From: a virus
Virus record (IMG/VR): IMGVR_UViG_3300049893_001613
Span: 1 to 64,000 of that record
Length of the DNA: 64,000 bases
Direction: 5' to 3' (one strand)
Shown: piece by piece, positions 22,563 through 32,976 of the stretch
Layout: each line of letters starts with the position of its first letter
Numbering within the stretch: position 1 is the first letter of the stretch
Notes under the pieces: model-generated
The model's input: the letters and a program-made list of their open reading frames with translations, nothing else
What the model was told of the DNA's origin: nothing
Database searches by the model: none
Position numbers and translations under genes: made by a program

Positions 22563-24697
22563 TGGAAATTATAAAGGACATACCACATAAATTAAGAGGA
22601 GCGTTTAACAAAGACCTCCTCTTAAATACATACTTTGAGCACACAGAACTATTCAGTCCTGCAGCTAAAGACTACCTCACCCAGGGTAAATACTGTGGTG
22701 AGGTTTTCAATTCTAAGAAGTACAACATCTACTGGAGCCGGGAACGTGAGCGATGCATTCACGGATTTGAAAATCCTCAGACTAAACTATGGATCCCGGG
22801 TAAGCTCTACTTCTTTCTTAATTACAAACAGATGAGAATCATCCACCCTGATGACGTGGGTAAAAAAAGAGGTAGACGTATCACCACGTTCCCAAGGTTC
22901 TGGCCTATTCACTACTTCTTTGCCATGGATTACATGACAGCCGTAGAAGAAGGTCTTAACATGGCTGTACTTAAACCCCGTGATACAGGTTTCTCAGAAT
23001 TACTCTCATCTTTTGGTACTCACGAGTATACCTTCCAGACAGAAAACCCTGTGTTCTTCTTTGTAGCGATTGAACGTTACCTGAACAAAGACGGAGTGCT
23101 CTCTAAAGCCTGGGACCAACTGGACTTCCTTAACCTCCACACTGAGCGTGCTTTCAAACACCTTCGTCAGTATAAAGACCAGGACTTACACAAACAGGCA
23201 AGTCACTTTGATCCTGAATTGGGTGGTAAGGTTAAAACCGGTGGTGAAATCCAGGGAGCCGTAGTTGATCACCCGCGTAAGCTCCGTGGTGCCCGTGGTT
23301 ATGTAAACTTTGAAGAAGGTGGTTCATTCCCTAACCTTGAGGATAGCTGGATGACTGCAAAAGACTTGGCTGAACAGGGGGGTGTGAAATTTGCACACAT
23401 GCTGGTGTGGGGAACCGGTGGTGAACAGGGCCCGGGTATTGCCGGCCTTGAAAAGATCTTCCTTAATCCTGACTTATTTGATTGTCTTGGATTCGAGAAC
23501 TGCTGGGAGACAGATATAACTCTTCCAAACGACCATGGTTTCTTCTTCCCGGCATGGGCCTGCAAGACCAAATTTATGGACAAGTGGGGTAACACTAACT
23601 TTGAAGCCGCTCGTCTGGCACTAGAGGAAGAACGCTACAAACTCTCAAAAGGATCCCAAGCCTTAAAAGACAAACGTGTATCTGAACAACCTTTCACTCC
23701 TTCAGAAGCTTTAATGCGTCTGCAGGATAACCCGTTCCCGGTAGAGAAACTTCAAAAGCAATTACGACTTATAGATTCTTCTCCGGAGATCAAAGGTATG
23801 ATCAAACATGGTGACCTTGAGATAGAAGACGGTAAAGTAAGATTCAAGCTTAAGCACGATGCTGAGCCCGTGGACAAGTATCCTCACAAGACAACTGATG
23901 TCCTGGAAGGAGCAATCTCTATATTCGAATCACCTCTTCGCGATGAGTTTGAGAAAGTACCTGACAATCTGTACTACATTGTAGCAGACTGTTTTGCTGT
24001 GGACACTGAACAGGCGACTGACTGGACTTCCCTTGGTGCCTTCTTTGTGTACAAGAGAAGTAATACCCTCTTCCCAACTGAAGACGACATCCTTGTAGCC
24101 TGGTATGCCGGCCGGCCTCCTCGCGTACAGGACTTCCACCGAAGAGTCTTCATGGCTGCCCGCTACTACAACGCTATTGTCCAGACCGAGATCAAAGGTG
24201 GAGGACAGGAATTACTGAACTACGCTAAAAACCATGGTTTCGTAGAATATTGCGGAGAAAGACCAACAGTCTTCAACCAGGATAAAGACTACAAGAAAGT
24301 ATCCGGACGGCAGTTCTTTGTGAGGATTGAAGAGAATACAAAACCAGAAAGAATTCAGAAGCTGGTAGACTGGCTGTTAAAGGAAAGAAACTTGAAGATA
24401 GAAGGGAATGAAACTCAATATGTTCTTAACCTTGAGCGTATATACGACCGGGCACTACTCGAGGAGTTGATTAAGTTCAATCCAAATGGTAACTTTGACC
24501 GGATCTCGTGTCTGCTGGTCCTTATGACGATCCAGCAGGAGGCGGAATTACAAACTATCGTTGAACAGGCTAAACAAAATAAAGATCATATTTTTTCCAG
24601 ACCGCTCTTTTCAGATAACCCTAATCACCGCAAGAACATGCTTTCTGCGAAGGAAATGATGAGAGTAGATGGTAGAAACAATGACTTAATTATCTAA
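22562..24697 (+). CDS. terL: Terminase large subunit
   Basis: LKPRDTGFS Walker A, FEEGG Walker B, WGTGG, nuclease region with GNFDRIS; crAss-like size. Confidence 0.93.
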   Translation: MEIIKDIPHKLRGAFNKDLLLNTYFEHTELFSPAAKDYLTQGKYCGEVFNSKKYNIYWSRERERCIHGFENPQTKLWIPGKLYFFLNYKQMRIIHPDDVGKKRGRRITTFPRFWPIHYFFAMDYMTAVEEGLNMAVLKPRDTGFSELLSSFGTHEYTFQTENPVFFFVAIERYLNKDGVLSKAWDQLDFLNLHTERAFKHLRQYKDQDLHKQASHFDPELGGKVKTGGEIQGAVVDHPRKLRGARGYVNFEEGGSFPNLEDSWMTAKDLAEQGGVKFAHMLVWGTGGEQGPGIAGLEKIFLNPDLFDCLGFENCWETDITLPNDHGFFFPAWACKTKFMDKWGNTNFEAARLALEEERYKLSKGSQALKDKRVSEQPFTPSEALMRLQDNPFPVEKLQKQLRLIDSSPEIKGMIKHGDLEIEDGKVRFKLKHDAEPVDKYPHKTTDVLEGAISIFESPLRDEFEKVPDNLYYIVADCFAVDTEQATDWTSLGAFFVYKRSNTLFPTEDDILVAWYAGRPPRVQDFHRRVFMAARYYNAIVQTEIKGGGQELLNYAKNHGFVEYCGERPTVFNQDKDYKKVSGRQFFVRIEENTKPERIQKLVDWLLKERNLKIEGNETQYVLNLERIYDRALLEELIKFNPNGNFDRISCLLVLMTIQQEAELQTIVEQAKQNKDHIFSRPLFSDNPNHRKNMLSAKEMMRVDGRNNDLII

Positions 24698-25038
24698 TGA
24701 CGAAGAAAGAGCGAGCCGATTACATGAAAAAGTATAGGCAGACAAAGATTAAGAGACAGAGAGAACACGAAAAAATAGTCAAACTAGCTAAGCGACAATA
24801 CGTTACAGACTATCTTTTAGCTCATCCTTGTGTGGATTGTGGAGAAAAGGATATTATTGTACTCGAATTTGACCATGTAAGAGGAGACAAAAAATATAAT
24901 GTGAGTAACCTAATAATGCAAAGTTACGGCTTGAACACGTTAATTACAGAAATTGAAAAGTGTGAAGTTAGATGTGCTAACTGCCATCGAAGAATTACTC
25001 ATAAACGAAGACTAACAAATGACATTAGTAAAAAGTAA
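24697..25038 (+). CDS. HNH endonuclease
   Basis: CVDCG...LEFDH...EIEKCEVRCANCH. Confidence 0.9.
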   Translation: MTKKERADYMKKYRQTKIKRQREHEKIVKLAKRQYVTDYLLAHPCVDCGEKDIIVLEFDHVRGDKKYNVSNLIMQSYGLNTLITEIEKCEVRCANCHRRITHKRRLTNDISKK

Positions 25039-27409
25039 AACAACCAGAGTACCGAAGCTTAGGGTATCTGAAAAAATAAAGAGAGCTAATGACTTTGAAC
25101 ACACTAAAAGTGTCATGGATCACTATATCTCGGCCTGTACGTTCGTTGATGAAATCGTCAATCCTACTGTCAGAGATGTACGTATCTTCTACGATGCATA
25201 CAATAACCGCCTTCCTGACGATTACTTCAGATATGTTACTAACCCTCTGAATTCTTCAAATCAGGAATATACCAACTGGCCGGCCCGCTTAAGAGCCTAC
25301 AGTATCATCCGTCCAAACGTAGACCTGTTAGAAGGAGAATACGAAAAGCGTCCCTTTGCTTTTACAGTAAAGGTTCATAACGCGGACGCAGTAAATACTT
25401 ACCAGGAACAGGAGTATCAACAGATCCTTCAAATCCTGCAACAACAGTTCATCAATGCTCTGAATGAGCAGGGTATGGACACCGGTGTACCAACTCAGGA
25501 AACAGAGATGCCTGAGGGAATCAAAAAGAAATTATCATCAAACTACAGAGACCAGCGTGCTGTAATGGCAGAAGCTGCTCTGGATATCATTATTGACCAG
25601 CAACAGCTGGAGGAAACATTCAAGCGCTTATTCCGTGACTGGCTTATTGCCGGTGAGTGCTTCACTTACAAAGGTGTACGTGGAGGAGGAGTAGTACACG
25701 AACGTGTATCACCTCTCGATATCGACTACGACAAATCACCTGATACAGAATACATCGAGGACGGACAGTGGGCTACAAGACGTATGTACATGACGCCAGC
25801 CGATGTAACCGATTTGTTCCACAAGGAACTTGACGAAGATGAGCTGGACCTTATCGAAGATGAGAACGGCCACATGACTCTTCGTGCTGTAGGTACCGGT
25901 ATGCAGGCCGCTATCCGGGACGACAAAGATCTTCGCAGATCTAAAGTTATTGTGTACCACGTAGTATGGAAATACCTTGTTAAGATTGGAATCCTGAGCT
26001 TCCCTAACCAGTTTGGTGAGATGGAAGAGATGGAAGTTCCGGAAACTTACAAACCAAATAAAGAAGCTGGAGAAAGTGTAGAATGGTACTGGGTTAATGA
26101 AGTGTGGGAAGGATATCGTATCTCTTCAAACATTTACATGGGAATCCAGCCGGTTCCAAGCCAGAGAAGTACCGTGAACAACTTATCCTCATGTAAGCTA
26201 CCTTACAATGGAAAACGCTTCTCAGATACGCACTCACAGAACGTATCAGTAGTGGAGATGGGAATGCCTTACGAGACATTGCACCGTATCCTCCACTTCA
26301 ACTTAGAAAAGACAATAGCAAAATCCAAAGGCAAGATTGCCCTGATAGACCAGAACGTAATCCCCAAGAAATATGGTTGGGATGAAGACAAGTTCTTCTA
26401 CTGGGCTGAAGCTACGGGTTTTGGTTTGATAGACCGAACACAACCTGGGGTTGACAAAAGCTTTAACCAGTACTCCGTATTGGACCTTGGTCTGTACCAG
26501 CACATTTCATCACTCATTGAGATTATGACTTATGTCAAACAGGAATGGGATGAATTACTTGGTATCACAAGACAGCGTAAGGGAGATGTTAAAGCGTCAG
26601 ACTCCGTAAGGGGTACCCAGGCGGCTATCAGCCAGTCTGCAGTTATTTCAGAAAAAGTATTCTCACGCTTTGAAGAATTCGTTCGTTCAGAACTTGAAGG
26701 ATTACTTGATGTATCCAAGCTCGCATGGATAGACGGCTTCCAGGCTATGCACCAGGGAGACGACATGAGATCTGCTATTCTGCAGATTGATCCGGCACAA
26801 TACATAGAAGCTGACTTTGGGGTTTATATCTCCCGTTCAGCCCGTGATCTGCAGAACCTGGAAATGGTTCGTCAGCAAGTACAGTCATTTGCTCAAAATG
26901 GGGCAGCTCCGTCAACTATCATTGATGTTGTACAGGCCCGTTCATTATCCAAGCTTAGAAACCTATTAAAGGAAGCTGAGCAAAAGTCTATGGAAGCTAA
27001 TCAGCAGATGCAGATGTCTGAAGCTGAAGCGCAGGAAAGGCTGGAAATGATTAAAGGTTCATTCCTTGAATTACAGGGTTACCTGAAAGAACGTCAGATC
27101 CATGTACAGTACGACCGTGAAGAAGATCTTGAGTTGCTGAAGCAATCAGGAGTTGATCAAAATCCGGATGAAACCGTAATTGATCCTTCAGGAGCTCAGA
27201 AAGTAATGCTGGATGATCAGAATAAGAAACGTGAAATAGCACTAAAGGAACGAAGTGAAGCAATAAAAGCAAGCCAAAAGAACCGGGAACTCGATTTGAA
27301 AGAAAAAGAGTTAACAGTACGCGAGCGTATAGCTGACAAAGCTAATGCGACTGCTATCAAGAATAAGGTTGTTGGTGAACGTAACAAAGCAAAATCAAAA
27401 TCTAAATAA
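25019..27409 (+). CDS. Portal protein
   Basis: ~800 aa after TerL; YSIIRPNVDLLEGE, WVNEVWEG, KLPYNG, LGITRQRKG as in crAss-like portals. Confidence 0.92.
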   Translation: MTLVKSKTTRVPKLRVSEKIKRANDFEHTKSVMDHYISACTFVDEIVNPTVRDVRIFYDAYNNRLPDDYFRYVTNPLNSSNQEYTNWPARLRAYSIIRPNVDLLEGEYEKRPFAFTVKVHNADAVNTYQEQEYQQILQILQQQFINALNEQGMDTGVPTQETEMPEGIKKKLSSNYRDQRAVMAEAALDIIIDQQQLEETFKRLFRDWLIAGECFTYKGVRGGGVVHERVSPLDIDYDKSPDTEYIEDGQWATRRMYMTPADVTDLFHKELDEDELDLIEDENGHMTLRAVGTGMQAAIRDDKDLRRSKVIVYHVVWKYLVKIGILSFPNQFGEMEEMEVPETYKPNKEAGESVEWYWVNEVWEGYRISSNIYMGIQPVPSQRSTVNNLSSCKLPYNGKRFSDTHSQNVSVVEMGMPYETLHRILHFNLEKTIAKSKGKIALIDQNVIPKKYGWDEDKFFYWAEATGFGLIDRTQPGVDKSFNQYSVLDLGLYQHISSLIEIMTYVKQEWDELLGITRQRKGDVKASDSVRGTQAAISQSAVISEKVFSRFEEFVRSELEGLLDVSKLAWIDGFQAMHQGDDMRSAILQIDPAQYIEADFGVYISRSARDLQNLEMVRQQVQSFAQNGAAPSTIIDVVQARSLSKLRNLLKEAEQKSMEANQQMQMSEAEAQERLEMIKGSFLELQGYLKERQIHVQYDREEDLELLKQSGVDQNPDETVIDPSGAQKVMLDDQNKKREIALKERSEAIKASQKNRELDLKEKELTVRERIADKANATAIKNKVVGERNKAKSKSK

Positions 27410-27411
27410 AA

Positions 27412-27624
27412 ATGAGTAGAGAGTCAACAACCGACTTCGCGTACATCGTTATGGGAGTAGCAACAGCTACTAGCATAGGTAGCTTCCTTTTCCAGGCAGT
27501 AGGTGCTGTAATCCTTGGTATCCTTGGAGCCTTGGGTGGATATCTGTTTAACAGGTTCCTCCGGCACAAGATAGAATCGTTTCTTAAAAAATCTAAAGAG
27601 AAAAACAATGAAAAAGCTGAATAG
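27412..27624 (+). CDS. Small membrane protein (holin-like)
   Basis: Two TM segments with a basic C-terminus. Confidence 0.55.
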   Translation: MSRESTTDFAYIVMGVATATSIGSFLFQAVGAVILGILGALGGYLFNRFLRHKIESFLKKSKEKNNEKAE

Positions 27625-27696
27625 ATTCTATGTTACCTGGTAACATTACCAATGTAAAAATCTATTCCTATATTTGACGCACTAAACAACTAAACT

Positions 27697-28824
27697 ATGG
27701 CTAAGAAAGACAAACCTCTGAGTTTCTCAGACTTTGAAGCTGACAACAGCTTGATCGACAACGAGGAAGAAGAAATTGTTCCTCCTGTTGACGAAGAGGA
27801 AGAAGAAGACCAGGATGAACCACCTGTAGAAAAAAAGGTACAGAAGAAACCGGTTAAGAAAGTGGCTGCAAAGGCACCTCCGGTTGAAGAAGAAGAGGAA
27901 GAAGAGGAAGAGGTTGTACCTCCAGCTCCTGAAGAGGAGGAAGAGGAAGATGATCAACCAGATCCTGAAGCATCTCTTAAATTCTTCGAAGAAGTAGACA
28001 AAATCACAGGGCAGGCTGTTGATGTGGATTACGGGGATATTGACCCTTTAACCCCTCAAGGTGTAGCTCTAAGAGAAAAAGCGGTACGCGAAGCAGCTCT
28101 TGATAGCTGGCTTGAAGAAATCGAAGAAAGATTTCCACAGGTATACAGAGCACTTGTACATGCTAATAACGGGGGAAACGTTGCAGAACTGTTCACCCAG
28201 ACGACTTCCAGGGATTACTCTAAAGTAGTTCTGAAAGAAGGAGATGACACAGTAGCTAAGGAAATCCTCAGGGACTATTACAAAAGCAAAGGTGTCAAAA
28301 ATGAAGACAAACTCCGTAAGTTAATAGAGACGGACGAGGATTCAGAAAACGGATTGATTGCCGAAGCCCAGTCAGCACTGGAAGAACTCCAGGCTGAACA
28401 GGAAGAACAAAAAGTAGCAATCATCGAGGAACAGCGTAAAAAAGCTGACGAACAGAAGAAAAAGGATCAGATCCTTATCACTGCAATCGATGATGTACTT
28501 GAATCCAGACAACTGCACAGCTTCAAGATCCCAGACAGGGTGGAAGCAAACCAGTTCCGGAAGTTCCTGATGGACAACGTGAGACGGACAGGGGAAGGTA
28601 AGTATGAACTTGCTACTCCGCTTGATCAGTCAAACCTGGAAACAATCTTACAATACCAGTACTTCCAGTTTAAAAAGGGAGACCTGAGTAAGATAATCCA
28701 GCAGAAGGCAGTAACCGAACAGGCTAAAAAGCTGAAGCTCAAACTAAGAAGTGAGCAGGACAAAACAAAGAAAAACACAGAAGAGGAAGGCCGTACAGGT
28801 AAACTCTCTCTAAGAGACTTTTAA
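27697..28824 (+). CDS. Acidic putative scaffolding protein
   Basis: Glu/Asp/Pro-rich N-terminus, between portal and MCP; TATATTTG at 27669-27676 upstream. Confidence 0.75.
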   Translation: MAKKDKPLSFSDFEADNSLIDNEEEEIVPPVDEEEEEDQDEPPVEKKVQKKPVKKVAAKAPPVEEEEEEEEEVVPPAPEEEEEEDDQPDPEASLKFFEEVDKITGQAVDVDYGDIDPLTPQGVALREKAVREAALDSWLEEIEERFPQVYRALVHANNGGNVAELFTQTTSRDYSKVVLKEGDDTVAKEILRDYYKSKGVKNEDKLRKLIETDEDSENGLIAEAQSALEELQAEQEEQKVAIIEEQRKKADEQKKKDQILITAIDDVLESRQLHSFKIPDRVEANQFRKFLMDNVRRTGEGKYELATPLDQSNLETILQYQYFQFKKGDLSKIIQQKAVTEQAKKLKLKLRSEQDKTKKNTEEEGRTGKLSLRDF

Positions 28825-28851
28825 TAAACAAAAAATAAATTCTAAAATACA

Positions 28852-30402
28852 ATGGCAGGTAATCGCGGTAACAAATTTAGATTTCAGGTACAACAGGACA
28901 TTTTTGACGCCAAGTCAATGATAGATGAAAACAACTTCTATGCACAACGTCATGGCGAGCCTGCTGAATTAACCATGAAATTAACCTGGCTATTAGGTGA
29001 CTCGACTAAGTCGTTCCCTCTAGCTATGGCAACAATGGGAGACATTGTCTCTGCAGATGGTGGTTTTAAGAAAACCAACAACAAAGTAAAGGAATTGGAT
29101 GACATCCAGTTCACATGGCCGGTAATGAGCCGGCTTAACAAGGCATCAGTAGTAGCTGCTACGCCTTCATCAACAGTTGATGTTGGTAAAGGATTAGTGC
29201 CGTTCACGTTGACATTCACTGACAACTGGATCAAGCGTAACTATATGATTGAATCTCCTCTTGGAATTCAAGCATACGTTCTTGGAGATCCTGTTAAAGT
29301 TGGAGAGCAGTTCCAGTACACTCTTGTACTTAACGCTGTATCTGACTCAACAGTATGTCCTGCGTCTGAACTACAGGCTGGTACACTATGGTGTGACCTT
29401 AACACCTTCAACGCTGAATCTGAATCTCGTGGTACAGAATTCAAGCGTGTAGCTCCTGGTAAATACAAGAACCAGATGGGTATCATCCGTATGTCACATC
29501 AGTGGGCTGGTAACTCAGCAAACCGTGTGATGTCGATCACCATCGAGCACGAAGGTAAATCAATGAAATTATGGATGGACTTCGAACAATATCAGTTCGA
29601 GCGTGCATGGCTTGAGGAAGTAGAACACATGTTCTGGTACTCTCGCTACAACCGTAGAAGCAATGGTGAAATCCCATTGAGAGATTTAATCACCGGAAAG
29701 GCAATTCCTACTGGTGCAGGATTACTAGAGCAGATTAACAACTACTCTACCTACACTCGTCTGACTTATTCTTTCCTACAGAATGTGATAGCAAACGCAT
29801 TATTTGGTCAATCTGACACTGATGGTATGAGCATTACGCTTTACACCGGACGTGGAGGTATGCGTGAATTTGACCGTGCAATGAAGGAATCAGGAACAAT
29901 CCAGAACTTACTGGCTCAAGGTGGTGGTAACATCGCTGACAAGTTTGTGAAAGGTGATGGAAACTATGACCTTGTGTCAACCGGATTCTTCAACGCGATG
30001 TACCATATTGATGGTTACTACATCAAAGTAAAACACAATCCAATCTTCGACTACGGTCGTAGAGCGGTGAAGTCACCTTTACACCCTGAAACTGGATTCC
30101 CTCTGGAGTCTTACAGAATGGTGTTCATCGATGACGGTATGTTTGACGGAGAACCTAACCTTCAGTTTGTTGCTGAAAAAGGACGTAGAATGTTACACGG
30201 TGTTGTAACAGGTCTTACTCCAGTACCGAAACAGTACAAAATCATCCAAGGTATCCAAAACCTGTCCAGTGGTGACTTAGCACTCTTGTCTTCTGACATA
30301 GACGCGGCTTCTTACCATAGGCTGGCAACTGGTGGAGTAAACCTGAGACGTGGTAACACATCTCTGCACCTTGAGATTTCACCTTCGGTAGCTGGATTTT
30401 AA
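28852..30402 (+). CDS. Major capsid protein
   Basis: 516 aa, biased codons, GAGLLEQI and TGRGGMREF motifs, HPETGFPLESYR; followed by terminator. Confidence 0.9.
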   Translation: MAGNRGNKFRFQVQQDIFDAKSMIDENNFYAQRHGEPAELTMKLTWLLGDSTKSFPLAMATMGDIVSADGGFKKTNNKVKELDDIQFTWPVMSRLNKASVVAATPSSTVDVGKGLVPFTLTFTDNWIKRNYMIESPLGIQAYVLGDPVKVGEQFQYTLVLNAVSDSTVCPASELQAGTLWCDLNTFNAESESRGTEFKRVAPGKYKNQMGIIRMSHQWAGNSANRVMSITIEHEGKSMKLWMDFEQYQFERAWLEEVEHMFWYSRYNRRSNGEIPLRDLITGKAIPTGAGLLEQINNYSTYTRLTYSFLQNVIANALFGQSDTDGMSITLYTGRGGMREFDRAMKESGTIQNLLAQGGGNIADKFVKGDGNYDLVSTGFFNAMYHIDGYYIKVKHNPIFDYGRRAVKSPLHPETGFPLESYRMVFIDDGMFDGEPNLQFVAEKGRRMLHGVVTGLTPVPKQYKIIQGIQNLSSGDLALLSSDIDAASYHRLATGGVNLRRGNTSLHLEISPSVAGF

Positions 30403-30441
30403 TTAGGGGCTTTTAGTTTCATAGTTTAGTTTAGTTGGATT

Positions 30442-30470
30442 GGCTTGGGGAAACCCGAGCCTTTCTTTTT
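30442..30470 (+). terminator. Intrinsic terminator after MCP
   Basis: GGCTTGGG-GAAA-CCCGAGCC-TTTCTTTTT. Confidence 0.85.
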
Positions 30471-30504
30471 GTAAACATTTATTTAGCTTAATAATAACTA
30501 TCTA

Positions 30505-30536
30505 TTGACTTTACAATTAAATTTGTGGTATATTTG
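30505..30536 (+). promoter_or_regulatory. Sigma-A-type promoter
   Basis: TTGA-N20-TATATTTG. Confidence 0.7.
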
Positions 30537-30569
30537 TACCTCAAATTTACTCAATACTAAACTCGAACT

Positions 30570-31562
30570 ATGAGCAAAATTATCGAAATCCACAGGTACT
30601 TTAATCTAGTGGAAATGCAACAAAGCGATCCTGAGGTAAAAGCCTGGCTAGGTCAGTCGTACCGCGGAATTGGACCTTATTTCAAGGACAAAGCAACCGC
30701 AACCGGACTAAGCTTTGAAGAACAAAGATTCCTCCTTCCTGAGCTACTTGGGATTGAGCACACAGACAAAGACTTCCGCAGGACCGTAAATAAGTTCTTT
30801 GATGAACTGGTTACTTCGGTGCCTAAAGAAGGGTTGAAACTACAGATCGGTTTAGAAGATGATAGCCGGCCGCTGGCAAGCGATAACATGCCAATCAACA
30901 TTATGGATTACATCCGGTTCCGTCACTTACGTGGCCACAGGGATGTAGCTATGAATGAGTCAGAAGCTGCTAAAACCTTTGGTAAGCGTTTCTACATTGT
31001 TGACCCTGAAGCTGTATCAAGCAGCGCTACAAGCCTGAACACCCTGGAAGACAAAACCATCGTGGTGTACATGAAGTTCAAGGACGACCGTATCAAAACG
31101 GACCAGATCCTCACTATGCTTGGTGTGAACATCAAGAATATGAGACCTGAGGAGAAAGTACTTAAACTGAAGGAATTGTCTCAGAAGAACAACAAATTGA
31201 ACGACTACGAACAGAAAGAAGCTTTCGAACGCTTCCTGGCTGTAGCTGAAGACAAGGATCTCGAGTACAAATACCTGATCCAGGAAATGATAGGTACCCA
31301 ATACCTGAAGCGTGTAGGAAATAACATCCTTTACACAGAATCTGGTAAGAAAGTAGGGGATAATCTGGATGACGCTGTTCTTTACTTCAAGAACCCTAAA
31401 AACTCACGTGAGCTCAATCTGATGAAGGCTGAGTACAACACGAAGGTTAAGAAAGGGGATGCCTACCTGCCTAAAGCAGATCCGGAAGAAGTGTCTGAAC
31501 CAGCCATGGATGAAGTCCAGGAAGTATCAAAACCAAACGCAACTAAAAAGAAAACTGAATAA
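30570..31562 (+). CDS. Conserved crAss-like protein downstream of MCP
   Basis: Synteny; PINIMDYIRF and DAVLYFKNPKN motifs. Confidence 0.7.
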   Translation: MSKIIEIHRYFNLVEMQQSDPEVKAWLGQSYRGIGPYFKDKATATGLSFEEQRFLLPELLGIEHTDKDFRRTVNKFFDELVTSVPKEGLKLQIGLEDDSRPLASDNMPINIMDYIRFRHLRGHRDVAMNESEAAKTFGKRFYIVDPEAVSSSATSLNTLEDKTIVVYMKFKDDRIKTDQILTMLGVNIKNMRPEEKVLKLKELSQKNNKLNDYEQKEAFERFLAVAEDKDLEYKYLIQEMIGTQYLKRVGNNILYTESGKKVGDNLDDAVLYFKNPKNSRELNLMKAEYNTKVKKGDAYLPKADPEEVSEPAMDEVQEVSKPNATKKKTE

Positions 31563-31586
31563 GAGAAGCCAATCGACAACTAAACT

Positions 31587-31865
31587 ATGAAACTAGACAA
31601 TTATTTTGCTACCTTTAGGAACGTATTGCTCCAGGAGGTTCAACAAGATAAAACTGAAGGGGGTATATACATACCCTCTTCTGATTTTATAAAGCAAGAA
31701 GATAAACTCTATCTGGTGATAAAAGCCGGCAAAGACTGTATTGAAGTTAAACCTGGGGATAAAGTTCGGTTAATGGCCGGTATCCGTATGGAAAACATCA
31801 CACTGGACAAGCAGGAATACCATCAGGTCATGGAACCACAGATTATAGGATATTTCCGCGATTAA
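31587..31865 (+). CDS. groES: GroES-like co-chaperonin
   Basis: KTEGGIYIP mobile loop, VKPGDKV, 92 aa. Confidence 0.85.
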   Translation: MKLDNYFATFRNVLLQEVQQDKTEGGIYIPSSDFIKQEDKLYLVIKAGKDCIEVKPGDKVRLMAGIRMENITLDKQEYHQVMEPQIIGYFRD

Positions 31866-31868
31866 GAA

Positions 31869-32960
31869 ATGACAGTATTCGAAATGCACTTACAGGTCAA
31901 CCAGCGTTTGCAGGAAGTGGCCAGCTACAAGAGGGATAAATTCTTCCCTCAGGAAATAGACGTTGCCCTTAACAAAGCTGTTGACCGATTCCTACAACAG
32001 GGGATCAACATGGATTTCGAAGATGCTCAGATAAACCTGGCACACGTAAGCGGACTGATTAAGAAAAACAAGGCCCTGGATATCTACAAGCCCTCTACAA
32101 CCGATCCACTCTATGAGGAACAGCTGAATAACGTTTATTCAGTTATTCCTCCGGATCTGTACTGGCTGATAAACTCCCGTGTAGAAATCATCAGGGATCC
32201 TTACAACTGTGATACAGCACCGACCCTGGCAACTACTAACCTTCCTGAATGGAAAGCAGTAGTACCTTTCCCGGCCGCTAACGGATCGGCTCCTTACTTT
32301 CCAGCAATTACTGTAACCAGTACTATACTTGGAACATTGTACACCGCTCCAGCAGCTATTTCAGCTGGTTTCCAGAGTGCAAACAGCCAGTATATCCTGA
32401 TCTATGATATCCTGGAAGAACTGTATCCTCACGCCACTTTAAAGGTGTATTGGGAACGTTACAGAGATACTTACTATCCAAATAGCTTTATTTTCGTAAG
32501 TTCCTCAAATGCCGGTACAATCCGGATCCAGGGCACAGGGTTAACGACTTCATCTGTAGCTATGACTCAAACTACGTATACAACGTACAACAGAGCTTTA
32601 ATCAGTGCAATGCCAAGTAAAGAAGTCAAGTTGGCTTCTGTAAAAACTCAGGAAGAAGATACTCTGTATTCTTCACTGCAGCAAAACAGCTTCTACAATA
32701 CTCGACAAGCTGAAGTCATAATGGACCAGACTTTCGATTATTTCGTATTTTACAGAGACGAAAGCTTCATAATAACTAGAGCGTACATGGACTACATTAG
32801 GAAGCCTCGTACAATTAGTTTACTTTTGAAGCAAGATTGTGAGTTGGCTCCAAGCGTACACCATAAAATAGTGGACCTGGCGGTAGAAATACTGAGACTT
32901 GATACAAAAGATCAGGCATACCCGCAAACAGTCCAAGATACTCAATTAAGAACCTTTTAA
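31869..32960 (+). CDS. Structural ring/head-tail connector protein
   Basis: EIDVALNKA...YIRKP...CEL..VHHKIVDLAV, crAss-like connector pattern. Confidence 0.7.
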   Translation: MTVFEMHLQVNQRLQEVASYKRDKFFPQEIDVALNKAVDRFLQQGINMDFEDAQINLAHVSGLIKKNKALDIYKPSTTDPLYEEQLNNVYSVIPPDLYWLINSRVEIIRDPYNCDTAPTLATTNLPEWKAVVPFPAANGSAPYFPAITVTSTILGTLYTAPAAISAGFQSANSQYILIYDILEELYPHATLKVYWERYRDTYYPNSFIFVSSSNAGTIRIQGTGLTTSSVAMTQTTYTTYNRALISAMPSKEVKLASVKTQEEDTLYSSLQQNSFYNTRQAEVIMDQTFDYFVFYRDESFIITRAYMDYIRKPRTISLLLKQDCELAPSVHHKIVDLAVEILRLDTKDQAYPQTVQDTQLRTF

Positions 32961-32976
32961 CTCGTAATAAACCAAC

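Noticed and set aside
27760-27960. GAA-rich repeats
   Set aside because: They encode poly-Glu tracts of the scaffold protein and are not an independent repeat element.
22562-30402. Introns or inteins in TerL, portal or MCP (and PolA)
   Set aside because: Reading frames are continuous with ordinary sizes and no intein boundary motifs noticed; the HNH gene is free-standing.
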